Translations under genes and position numbers: made by a program | Notes under the pieces: model-generated | The model's input: the letters and a program-made list of their open reading frames with translations, nothing else | Told to the model about the DNA's origin: nothing | Database searches by the model: none | Shown here: piece after piece, positions 23,919 through 35,365 of the stretch | How the letters are laid out: each line of letters begins with the position of its first letter | Numbering within the stretch: position 1 is the stretch's first letter | From: Lepidodermella squamata | Taxonomy: Eukaryota; Animalia; Gastrotricha | NCBI GenBank assembly: GCA_047495785.1 | Contig: JBLDXI010000001.1 | Coordinates: 1,116,001-1,180,000 of the forward strand | Reading direction: 5' to 3' | DNA: 64,000 nucleotides

Positions 23919-24969
23919 CAGGGGTTCTCAAACTGGGGCACGCGTGCGACTTGGGGCATTTTGAAGGGCCGACGGGGAATGCGTGCGACTTGGGGCACGC
24001 CGGCCCACTTTTGTCTGTTTCCAGTTTTTTTATTTCTCATTCATAAAACGCAAAACGAACTCATTGTGCGTGTGTGTAATGCGTTGTCTGCAATAAAATG
24101 AGGGCGCGTGATTCTGCTTCCGAGTCTGAAGTTGGAACTCCTGCCTCGAAAAAATCCAAGAAAGCCCCAAAGAAGAAGACCTATCACTTCAATCCAAAGT
24201 GGGAAGCCGATTACATGTTTTCCACAATGAGGAAACAGATTCACCGGAGTGCTCCAATTGCGAATTGGTCATGAGTGAAAACCGCGTTCACCTCGTTGGG
24301 AACCATTTCAACTCGACGCACGCAAATCTCTTCAAAAAATTTGCGAGCGTGGACGACTGAAAGAAGCACGTAGCCGCTGTCAAACAGCAGAGATCCAAGT
24401 CACGTAATCTGATCGAGCAGTTCCTTACAGCTAATGAAGCAACTACTTATTCGAGCTACATCTTGAGTTGGAATATCGCGAAAGGTTAGTTTCCAGTTAT
24501 GATGATAGAAGTCATTTATCAGCTATTTTTGTAGCCAAGAAAACCATATGGTTGAGGGTGAATTTCTCAAAGCTGCTCTTCCATCTTAGGCCGGATTTTG
24601 CGGAGTCAAAGTCCAACTACGTGTTGCTCTGATGGTCGATATGATAGCATCAATGGGATCAATGGGGCTTGGCAGCAGTCTATCAATTGATTAACACAGT
24701 GTGAAAAAAAATCACACCCACCAACCCGACCAGCCCCACTATCGCGACCGACCCAGCAACAAGTAGTTGGACTTTGACACTGCATATCCAGACTAAGATG
24801 TCTTGAGATTGCTCCTACTTTTATTTTTTTGTTGCGTTTTGTTCAAATGAGTGTCAAATACCAACTCGAACCGAATAAAATCAAGTTAACTGCAAAGAAA
24901 AAGAGATATCTGCGTTTTTAGATGGATTTAATAGTGGGGCACCGCCGCGAAAAAATTTGAGAACCCCTG
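23919..24969 (+). mobile_element. Internally deleted hAT (Buster/Charlie-like) DNA transposon
   Basis: TIR CAGGGGTTCTCAAA/TTTGAGAACCCCTG; perfect 8-bp TSD CCCTAATT; transposase remnants YHFNPKWEADYMF, CSNC...NHFNSTH, KPY..EGEFLK with stops and frameshifts. Confidence 0.93.
24582..24800. mobile_element. MITE nested inside the hAT transposase remnant
   Basis: CATCTTAGGCCGGAT..GTCAAAGTCCAACTAC is inverted with GTAGTTGGACTTTGAC..ATCCAGACTAAGATG; removal restores KAALEIAP. Confidence 0.8.
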
Positions 24970-26466
24970 CCCTAATTAAAGAAGGTTTAGCCAGAGAGTT
25001 GAGATTGCTACTATGGACTATGATACAGCAACCCTGATTTGAAAAACAAAGCTGTTAATAATATTCAACTATTGAATTGATATGTAGAAGTGGTTGCGCG
25101 AACGATTATTGCGCAGCGAAATTAGAGCAAGGGCAATCGTTTGCGCAAATAAGCATAGAACCGTAGAAGTGGTGAACTCGAAATTAAGTCGTACGTTATG
25201 GCAGCGTTTATTTGTATGTTTCTTGTTCAGTTAAGGAGGTAGAATAGTTAATGTGGTACACATTTTTAACACATTGATCTTCTTTCTTCACATCCACTTT
25301 TTCTCGCCCCGCATAATCATCCCAGACAGACGGCCAATGAACTTCGATAAACAAAGAATGATAAGTTCTTAAGCAAGAAAGAGTTTCATTAGAAGAACAG
25401 CAGCGGTGTTGCTGGGATAGGCATGCGTTACTGAAGAAGAATGCACGGGAATTCTCACTCAGCAATGACTATTCAACATGAAAAACATGTCGATCCGAGC
25501 AGGCCATGAAACTGCGGCAAGCAAATGATTCTACTACACGGAAAAACGAGAAATTTGAAAATTCTTTTTAGAATCAATTAATCTCCAATATTCTTCTTAA
25601 ACCCTGATGCCTTAGCAAATGTAGATGAGCACATTGGTACGGAATGCTCATTATTCCCCCCCCCCCCCCTCCCCCCAAAAAAAATCCTGACTACGCCTCT
25701 GAGGAGAGCCATTAGAAATTTGTCTATAAAGGCCCGTGGTCAATTTCTGGTGTTCCAGCCCTGACTACCATATTATCCGAAATAAAAGAAACGCTTCACA
25801 TTTTTTGTTTTCGAAATCACCGCCCCTTATTGGAGGTTGTCCAATAATATTACACTGTCGCTTAATTGGGGTTATGCGGCAATCCTATTTTATGCGGGTA
25901 ATAATAAATATATAAAATTTTATAAAATGCGGAATAACTAATATATTTGGCGCAATTGAAGTTAGCGCAAATGTCGGCTTTTCATTTAGCGAAGTTTTTA
26001 GCGCAATTGTCGTTTGCGCGCAATGTCGAGCGCAAATTTCGTTGGCGCAAATGACGTCATACGAATAATACAGAAGTTTTACGCGGCGGCTCGTTAATCC
26101 TGGCTGAATTTTTGCTGAATTGGGTCTTCATAAGACTTGAGCCCATACACCACGACCAGGTATCAGTAAAGGATGAGATTCTGATCGGAGTCTGGTGTCA
26201 TCGCGCTCTTGGTCATGCGAGCCTTCTCCTCTCGGGAAAGGCGCAGCGAGCGTTTTCATGGACGATGAAGCTTTGGTTTCATAAATTCTAGGTGTATTCT
26301 GATCTACGTAGAGTAAATTTCACATCTCATTGGTTCTTATTGGTGTGGTTTTTAATGTGGAGCGAGAGAGGCGTCTTGAGAGGGTTAGACGTGTTAGATA
26401 ACACATGTCGGTCTCTTTTTATCTATGCTCCTTTAAACCCTTGATGTGCTTATACTGTTATGCGTG

Positions 26467-26492
26467 ATATATATATATATATATATATATAT
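26467..26492. repeat. (AT)n microsatellite
   Basis: About 13 perfect AT units. Confidence 0.95.
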
Positions 26493-26994
26493 TCAGCCAG
26501 CAGCGCGAAAACATACCGAAGATAACCGAGTGTAAAGCGCATTTTAGTGGTCGGCCACCGTCGGGGTTAAGCGTCATTGATAAATCACAGTTGCGCCCTA
26601 CACTTCTCGCTATGTTTTCAACCGCTAGCTGTATAGATATCGCGGGGTGTGGGCGACGACAGAATAGAAACAAATGTCGTAAAACTTAAAGTTTCGCATC
26701 TCCGCCAAATCAGTCGTGTGCCATATCACTGGAATGACTAAGCGTCAGCTTTTTCCACTATTTTTCCACATAATCGCCACTTCCCCACGGCACATTCATT
26801 GAGTCCAAGCTTCAAGGGTAGTAGCCTATAACTAGGTCGCATTAATTTTTGGTTCATACAGTTTTCAACCTTCAGTTCGAATTGTTTGAATTTCCGAGCA
26901 AAAGCTGATCCTATATTCGATAAACTGCTAATATTCATCCTGTAGGTAAATTGGATTCAAGCCTGCATTTCTCACTGCTAATATTTCATCAACC

Positions 26995-27066
26995 GGCTCA
27001 GTAGCTTAGTGGTAGAGCGTCTGTCTCGTAAACAGAAGATCGCGGGTTCAATTCCCGCCTGGGCCT
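26995..27066 (+). tRNA. tRNA-Thr(CGT)
   Basis: Identical to the 20341..20412 cloverleaf. Confidence 0.93.
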
Positions 27067-27253
27067 CGAAATTATATTGCTCTTTGAACTCGCCAAGCCA
27101 CAGAAGACTCGGGAAGTTTGTGTGGCAAGTTGTCCCACGTCTGTATTTTTCTCAGTTTATTATCACTAATGATTTATAAAAGCGAAAAGCACCGTCTGTG
27201 GGTAATGGGTTAGATTTTCCGACATGATTTTCCTGTTTTTGTTGCTTCCGATT

Positions 27254-29419
27254 TTAGCATTTCTGATGCATAAATGCAAGAACCGAGAACGTGTCATTCG
27301 CCTTCAGTCGAATGTAGTTCGGCGAGTTGTAGTTGTGGGCGATCGCTAGGATGTCACCAGCCGCCACAGTCCAGTAGCCGCCATACTTGTTCTCATACTC
27401 ACCTCGCATGTACTGGCAGATACCGCCGGCATCCTGACCACGCCCGATAGCACCCGTCGCCCAGTTTAGCGTGTCCTGGGTTTTCCCACCTCCAAATCCG
27501 CTGTCACTATCAGACATAAGGGTGAACATGCCATAAGAAACGACTCGCGCATTCGTTGTCACTGCCTTGATCGACTTGACCTATAAAAATATCAAAAATT
27601 AAAATAGGTCATAACAAGAAAGTAATAAAATGCCTGTGTGCATAATTGCTGGTAAATTTGAAGGAACGTGTTCGAGGTCGCCCCAGCCGCCATTAGAACA
27701 ACCATGTTATTATCCTGCAAGGGATAGCGAGCCGACCACGATTTGCCGGCGCCGCAAAACCACCGCCCGCCATACCGTTGTTCCATCTGGCTTCTGATGT
27801 AATTACACCTGTCATACGTTGAATTCAACATTTGAATCGACCGCTGGGCGTGTTGGAGGCACAGATTTTTCACTTCATCCCTCGCTTTCGTGGCTGAATG
27901 AATCGTGAAAGAAATGCTGGTACGAGTCGCGGGAGAAGGAGCAGGAGCAGGAGCAGGAGCTGGAGCCGGAGCAGTCGGCATCGGCTGGTATTGGGGTGGG
28001 TTTGGATTATTCACTGGAGGAACGTATGCCTTGGAGTCAAACTGAGTTGTCGCAACCGTGGTCGCACTAGTGGTTACACGAGGCATATCAGGGATACGCC
28101 GGATAACATTGCAGTCCGGCAGGACAATTACAGCGTTATCGTTCCCTTTTCGCAAGAATATCAGGTTATTGCTGGCGGGGGCGAAAGACCCGGACAAATC
28201 GCTGTCACCGACTGCTACAATCCAATTACCACTGTACTTCTCCTCCATTTGATCCTTGATGTACTTGGCCATTCCTTTTCGTGTTGACTCGAATTGAGAA
28301 GCGAGTAGGAAAAAAGCGACAGCGTCTTGTTTTACTGACAGTTCCATCCCAGGGTCAGTTTTATCAGCCAAAATTTGCACATCACCCTAAAAAATATTTT
28401 CTATTTTTTCTGACATTTTCCCCGATTTTTCATACCGTTTGCAGCTCATTCACTGGAATGGGCGGTGGAGGTTTGAATTCGCTGCAAGCTGGGCGGAAAA
28501 TCTGAATCAGCGCCGGGTTGGTCGATCGGCGTTTCATAGCGATAAAATCAGCATCGGCATATTTGACCGATGTCGTGTGATTGCCACTGGTCGGTGAAAT
28601 AACCACAGCCCAGCTGTAAGGTCCGTACTTGGTGTTAAACTGCGTTCGGATGTAGTCGGAAATCGCTCGATCCGCGTTAGGTTTTTGCCCGTTGAAGGCA
28701 TAAGCTAACGTTGCGATATTCACTGCATCTTGGCGAACAGCTGGCGACATGCTAGGATCACTGTTGGTCAAGATTTCGAAATCACCCTGAAAAATGGTAA
28801 AATAAAATTTAAAAATTATAATAAAATTAATTAGTTGAAAAAGCGATTAAAGAAAGCGTTTAAGATTTTAAGATTTCTTATAAATACTCGAATTTCTGCA
28901 TTGCTTCTAGGTGGTGCTTCAGGTGACTGCGGTGCCGAGTCACCGCCGATATTGTCCCAATTTCCAGACGCTGTTGTAGTAGTCGATGTGGTCTCAGTTG
29001 TTGAATCGGTGATCGGACTCCCGGTCGAGTCAGATCCCGTGGTGGAAGTAGTGTCATCATTCGACGTATCGACTTTAGCCTGTAAATTGCGAATAACCAA
29101 AATTTAGATTTACCATTATTAAAGGCTTGTTTGTGTTAGTTGAGCTTGAAGCAGCCTCGTCTTCAGCCGCAGCCTGCGTGATTTTAGCCACACGATGACT
29201 AGCGGGTACTTCGAAGTCTGAGAAGCCGGAATCATGCTTAGCAGATGGTGTAGGTTCAGTTATAAAGCTTTTAGGCGTTATTGTAACTGTAGCAGGTATT
29301 TTAAGCGTTGTAGGCGGGCTTTGGCCTTCATCACTCGATCGCTTGCATGCACTTACTGATCGGACCGATTCCGAAACCAACAGGAATAGCAGTGTTACCG
29401 AAGTAACTCTAAACAACAT
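27254..29419 (-). CDS. Secreted protein A with four tandem dynein-light-chain (LC8)-like domains; 5 exons
   Basis: Signal peptide, S/T-rich region, then 4 repeats such as MELSVKQDAV...MAKYIKDQMEEKYSGNWIVAVG, resembling LC8 MQQDSV...[22 protein letters not shown]. Confidence 0.8.
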
Positions 29420-29493
29420 TATTCAATGATTAGCCCTAGAAAACAATATTATGACTTAATTCGAGAATTTTCATGTGCCAAAAAGGTAGCCGA

Positions 29494-29565
29494 AGGCCCA
29501 GGCGGGAATTGAACCCGCGATCTTCTGTTTACGAGACAGACGCTCTACCACTAAGCTACTGAGCC
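29494..29565 (-). tRNA. tRNA-Thr(CGT)
   Basis: Reverse complement of the same 72-mer; T5 terminator ~10 nt downstream. Confidence 0.93.
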
Positions 29566-30279
29566 TGAGATGACGATTCGATTTGTTAAAAATTCAGGTT
29601 TTACGATGATTGAGCCTTGAGCGCAAGTTTTTTCCAGAAATTTCATTATTAAAAAGATACATAGGAGTTCGGTAAGGAGAGAGGACTCAATGCGGCAACC
29701 GAAGTCACTGCTTGTAAATTTGTCTAAAATTGTTTGCACAAGTCTGTACGGGCACACCTTGAGTTTGATGTCAAACGAAAGCTGAAGAGACAGAGAATTT
29801 CACGCGATTAATCACATGTTTTTAGCGTTCAAAGTTGAAAAGTTAATTACCTGCGAATCTAGAGCCGAGTATAAAAAAACTATTCAAAATGTCCCCGCAT
29901 TGCGGTAGAGCAATCTAGTAACTCTAGTATAGTAACCAAAAGATTTTGGGTACTCAAACGCAATAGGGATTAAAGCAAACAAACACATCTGGTAAGGTTT
30001 ATATAATATCATTTCGTAATTCCAGAGCATCCTATGACATAGATGGTGCGTGCTATCGCATTACCGCGAGGCCAGTTATATGTATCACATCGGAATGTTT
30101 AATTTGCAATTCATTAGTTACCGCAGCAGAATGAACCCTAGTTTACATAGCACATTTCTGTCATTGGCTTCATTCTGTAATAAATTTATTCGTATCAATT
30201 TCCAACAAGAGTCATAAAATCAAGATAATAAAAATTACTGGGTCATTGTATAACTCCTTTCAATTTTTTCGCAGCTGAT

Positions 30280-32063
30280 TTACTTGCAGGAAGTTGGGTG
30301 CATGAAGGCAACGACTGCAAACGTATCATTCTTTAGAATCTGGATAAAATTCGGCACTGCGTATTCCGTCACCGTCACTCCTGTATCACCGGCTAAAACT
30401 GACCAAGCGCCGCCGTACTTGTTAACCAGCTGTGTCTGGACGTAACTAGTCAAAGAGCCGATTTTATCATTTCGCCCGAGTGATCCCGTCGCATAATCGA
30501 TCACGTCCTGCTTCTTGTACGATTCAACCCCGTAATTGTCATTAGGAACAGGCTTGAAGATGCCGTAATTCACCGCGCCAAGTCGCCCTGTTACACGCTT
30601 GATGTTGGCCGAACAAAACATGTTGTAAATCTGAATATCAGTCGATCGGCCAGGTGTCGGTCCGTTAACTTGCAGGGCGATGCTTGTATCCTGGTAGGGG
30701 AAAGACGCGGCCCAGGGTAATCCATTCGACCCGCTCCACACGCAGGTCCACTTGCCGCCGTAGACTTGTGTAAATTGCAACTTGATATAACTGCACCTGG
30801 TAGCGGCTGTCTTGCCGCCTAGCGTTATCGATTGTTCAGCTTGCTTCTTCGCGAAATCTCGCATCGAAAGTTGACTGAATTTCGAAGAGATTTTAACTGA
30901 AATGTCGTAGCTTTCACCCCGCGTTGTCGTAGTAATAGATCTAGTCGAAGTCGTTGTTGCTTTTGTTGTTGTTGCTGTTGTTGGTGTTGTTGGTGGTGAA
31001 GTCAGAAAAGCCGAACATTTCGCATTTTCAGGCATCAACTGGGCCATATGAACATCTCCTCGTCTAAGGTACAACAAATTTCCGCCCCTGGTTGAGTAGG
31101 AGCCGCTGAAAGGCCCGTTGCTGACAAGTGTCACCCAAGAACCTCCGAATCTCGTCGTCGTGCTGATATTCATAAATCTCGCAAGACCAGCCTTACTTTG
31201 GTCAGGATTCAGGGCATTGTTAGTCGCTAGAATGAAATAATTGACAATCTCCTGCCGAACAGTTGGATTTATGTTGCCATCAGATTTAGCCTTAACCAAC
31301 TCGATATCTCCCTGCAATTTAATTTAAATTTTTTAAGGAGGATTTTTCTTTTAAATTTCTTACCAAATTGAGATTTGCTGTAGTCGGAGCTGGCGCAGTG
31401 GCTGAGGTGCAGCTACCTCGAAATACCAGAACATAGGTAAGGGGTTCTTTCCTCCTTACAACGACGAATTCCGAAGGGTCAGATCGGTTGAAAAGCGCTG
31501 TAATTGTTTCATTCCCGCAGCCTACGGCAACATTCCACCACAAGCCGTACTTGACTGTCATGAAAGCTCTCGCCTGATCAGCAACAGCCTGGCACCAGTT
31601 ATCTTTTGAGCCAAGCATTGCGAAAGCAGTTTTCACGAACATGACAACTTCTTCCTTGAATTTAACCGGCGCTTCAGCACTGCTTTCCTCGGTATATCCG
31701 TAATCAGGCTACAATATGGTTAAAATAAATAAAATTATCGAATTTTTCAGGAATACAATGGCTTACCCAGGATTGTTCAGGGGTTGTAACATTTTTCGAT
31801 TCCTGTTAATTGATAAGATTATTTTTTTTATTTACCGATAAAATTCCTTACAGTCGAATTGCTGGCAATGGTATTGTTGACGTCTGGCGCTCCAATGAAT
31901 ATATGCACACCACTATTAGGAGCCATCGTAGTAACGGCAGGCTGTCAAAAATAATCAAGGTATGATCCAAGAAAATGGAGATACTTACCGAATTTTGCGC
32001 AGAACATATCCCGCTGATCAACGTTATCGCGAGTGCGATAAAACCTATTTTCCAGGCAGCCAT
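30280..32063 (-). CDS. Secreted protein B with four LC8-like domains; multi-exon
   Basis: Signal peptide MAAWKIGFIALAITLISGICSA; cores VKYGLWWNVAVG, TRFGGSWVTLVS, QVYGGKWTCVW, NKYGGAWSVLAG; ends NDTFAVVAFMHPTSCK. Confidence 0.8.
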
Positions 32064-33382
32064 TTCTGAGCTTTTTGTTTCAATTTTTAATCACAAAATT
32101 TTCAAACTGAGGTAGGCAGCTCTGTACGGAACAAGGCTACACGCCTCTGCACGGCAATAAAAAATGGCGAATTCCACAGATACTTTAAATTTAAAGGACA
32201 GCTATAATTTGATGATAAAAGCTTAAGATATTTGAGCCAGCTACATTTCTTTCAAGTTGGCAGTAAACACCTTATTAAGTCGTTTAAGTCTAAAGCGTTA
32301 TTCGAAGGATTTGTACTGCATGCTTTTTATATTCACGAGTAGGCTAATTTTTCATAGTTTTTCAACGTGAAATTCTTGTTCAGAGATTATCATAAAAAAT
32401 AGTAGGTCACCAATGAATGCGCTTTTTTATGTTTTAATCTCTGCCCTATAGTCAAAATGGTAACAAAATGGTAAGGTAGCAGCCCCCTCCTCGTGATAAG
32501 GTCTACGATCTACTTCAGGTATAATTCATCTTCGACTAAGTGAAGTCGAACTAGTCAAAGCCATCTACCTGGTTCATAATGGTAAATGTTAGCAACTTAA
32601 TAGGTAAATCCTATACCAAAAAGTCGTAGACTTCTAGTCATATACCAGAAGAATACCTGTAGTCGTTTCTACTGCCATTCATTTCTGACTTTATTAAGGC
32701 AGGCATTATAAGGAATGAAAATCTTAACAAAAGACTTTGAATTCGTGTAAGACCACACGGGTATAATAAGAGGATTCAAGAGGATATAAGTACATGTTCG
32801 AGTAAATAACAGTATATAGGAAATATTGGGAATATAAGTGCCCATGCACACAAAGACTAAAGACGAGAGGGCATGCTACTTTTTCGGTCTTCTTGCCATC
32901 GCGATGAACATCTGATTGTCGCGAAGTGGGCGTCCTACACATGGCAGCCAAGGCTCGGAAAGCCATTGGAACAATTCAGAAAGCCAAACATAATCTGTGG
33001 TTAAAGAAACACGAAATTAATCGAACGTTAAACGGTAAAGCGTAATGCTTACCGATTTGTAAGAGAGTAAGCGATGGCCGACGGCCAAGGTTCGAGCCCT
33101 CCGCCCCTCAAAATTTGACAGCCCAAACCGATTCTTTTGCTTCGCCCAACCTGTAAATTTCAAATTGGGGAAGTAAGCATCAAGTCTCCGCTTACCTGAG
33201 CGAGCATCGTATATTCGAGGCCATTCAAATAGTCTCATGCGAGACACAAAACCAACGGAGCTTGAAATCGTTGAGCATTCACCGAGTTTCTAGCTGAAGT
33301 ACCGTTTACTCCAGTTTGAAGAGATTGCTATGTTGGAGGGCGTTGAAAATTGAAAATCGAGAAAAATAACCAATCGAAAGTT

Positions 33383-35186
33383 TTATTTGCAAGAAGTCGG
33401 ATGCATGAATGCTACAACAGAAAAAGTGTCATTCTTCGTCATGCTGATGAAGTTGGGCGTGACGTAAGCTGCCGGCCTAACCGCGCTCAAATCACCCGCA
33501 AATATCGCCCACATACCGCCGTACTTGTTCTGCATCAGCGTTTGGACAAAATTAGTCAACGTCCCAACTCGATCATTGCGAGCAAGTGACCTTGCCACAT
33601 AATCTACGAGGTCCTGCTTCTTGAAAGATTCTGCCGATGTATTTTCCCCCGTCTGCTTGAACTGGCCCCAGTTGACCGCAGAAGGAACGGCCGTGATTCG
33701 TTTTATCGAATCAGCATCCGAGCAAAACATGTTGTAGATCTGCAAGTCGGACGAATCCGAGTTGTTTTTCACATCCATCGCTAGATTGGTGTCAGAGTAG
33801 TTGTAAGACCCAGCCCAAGCTTCGCCGTTCACTCCGCCCCAGGCACACACCCATTTTCCATCGTAAGTCTTCTGAAATTGCGAGCGAATGTAATCGCAAC
33901 GAGACTCGAATGACCTGCTACCAGATTTCAAAGATTCTGCAGCAACCTTAACCGCGAAGTCTTTCATCGAAGCCTGGCCTAACTTCGAGGAACCTTTAGT
34001 GCTGAAAACATAATCGATTGAGCTGGATACAGTAGTTGGACTTGAATTAGCCGTTGTTGATAGTTCTAATTTCATGGTCGTCGAGTTGTTATTAGGACCC
34101 ATAGTAGTAGTGAAGCCTGATTTTGTAGTCACCGGCCGCTGGCTTGTCGTAGTCGGATCTTGCTTAGCAAGGACGCAATAGTTCCAATCTTCGGGCAGGA
34201 ATTGCGCGAGATGAACACTGCCTCGCTTCAGATAGATGAGGTTGTTACCTCTCGTCGATAACGCCCCACTAAATGGGCCCTTGCTTACAACGGTCGCCCA
34301 GGATCCGCCGATTTTCGTCGAGATGCTCCTATTCATCGCCTCAGCAATGTCAGCCAGGCTTGCTGATTCGTTGGTAGCCTCAATGAACGAATTCACGATC
34401 ACTTGCTGAACTGTCGGATTCATTTTGGCATCAGATTTCACCTTATCAAACACGACGTCCCCCTTAATAAAAAAAATTAGATGAAAATTCTAAAGTTTTA
34501 TGTTAAAATACCAATTTCAGCGGAGTAGCAGGCTGTGCTTGTGGTATTTTGTAAGTTGCACAGTTAGCTCTGAAGAATACGAGGTATTTCCGAGGTTCCT
34601 TTTGCCTAACAACGTAGTGATCCGTTTTCGATCGGTTGAAAACAACCGTTATCGCATCATCTTCACACCCGGCTACAACGTTCCAGAACATTCCATACTT
34701 GGCAATGATGAGTATCCTAGCCATTTCTGCGGTAACCTGACACCCATCGGCTCTTTTAGAACCCGCGACGAATCCAGACATTGCGGACGTCATAACGTCC
34801 AATTTGAAATTCTCAGTAGCATCAGGAGCGTGATAGATAAGTTCATAGTTATCTAGCTGTTATGAATAAAATTTAGCATGAATTTATTTAAAATTATTGA
34901 CTTCCTATACCGCATTCGATGGTGTCGCCAATTTTCCTCGATTTGTTGTTGTTGATGACGAGGGCTGCGTAGTTTTTACAGTCGGCTGTGCCGTTGTCAC
35001 TTGAGTTTTATTGCGCCCTTCGTCCTTTTTATTATCGTCGTCGCTCTTTGAAAGTCATAATAATGTTAGGCAATAATTATATGAGAATGAAGGTGACCTC
35101 TCACCAACTTTTTTATCGGCAATGCTGGATTGAAATATCAACAGGCTGATAATAGCAGTGAATCCAAATCTCAAACAGTAATTCAT
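33383..35186 (-). CDS. Secreted protein C with four LC8-like domains; multi-exon
   Basis: Signal peptide MNYCLRFGFTAIISLLIFQSSIA; cores AKYGMFWNVVAG, KIGGSWATVVS, KTYDGKWVCAW, NKYGGMWAIFAG; close paralogue of B. Confidence 0.8.
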
Positions 35187-35365
35187 CGTGAGGGCCCTTG
35201 AAAAAATTTAAATAAAAGCTTTTCGTTTGTTTGGCATGAAATATGTAGCTATTTTTTGTAACCCTCCGTGTTCAACTGGATTGAACTGTCAAAGAAATGA
35301 AGATACGCCCACTTAACCATGATGAAAAACAAGAGATGGCCCGGTAGTTACGCTTTTATTTCATG

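Larger units (their letters stand above)
21919..26290 (-). pseudogene. Decayed multi-exon gene for an unknown protein with C-terminal multi-TM region and repeated acidic segments
   Basis: Hydrophobic ORFs 21919..22350 and 22307..22612 are out of frame with no evident intron; in-frame stop near 25470; internal duplication; hAT insertion. Confidence 0.5.

Noticed and set aside
27898-28287. RS-rich plus-strand ORF
   Set aside because: Antisense shadow of the PAPAPA linker of gene A.
20341-29565. tRNA copies as a SINE family
   Set aside because: Perfect identical cloverleaves; the 29494 copy shares no flank, and the shared flank of the other two is a local duplication.
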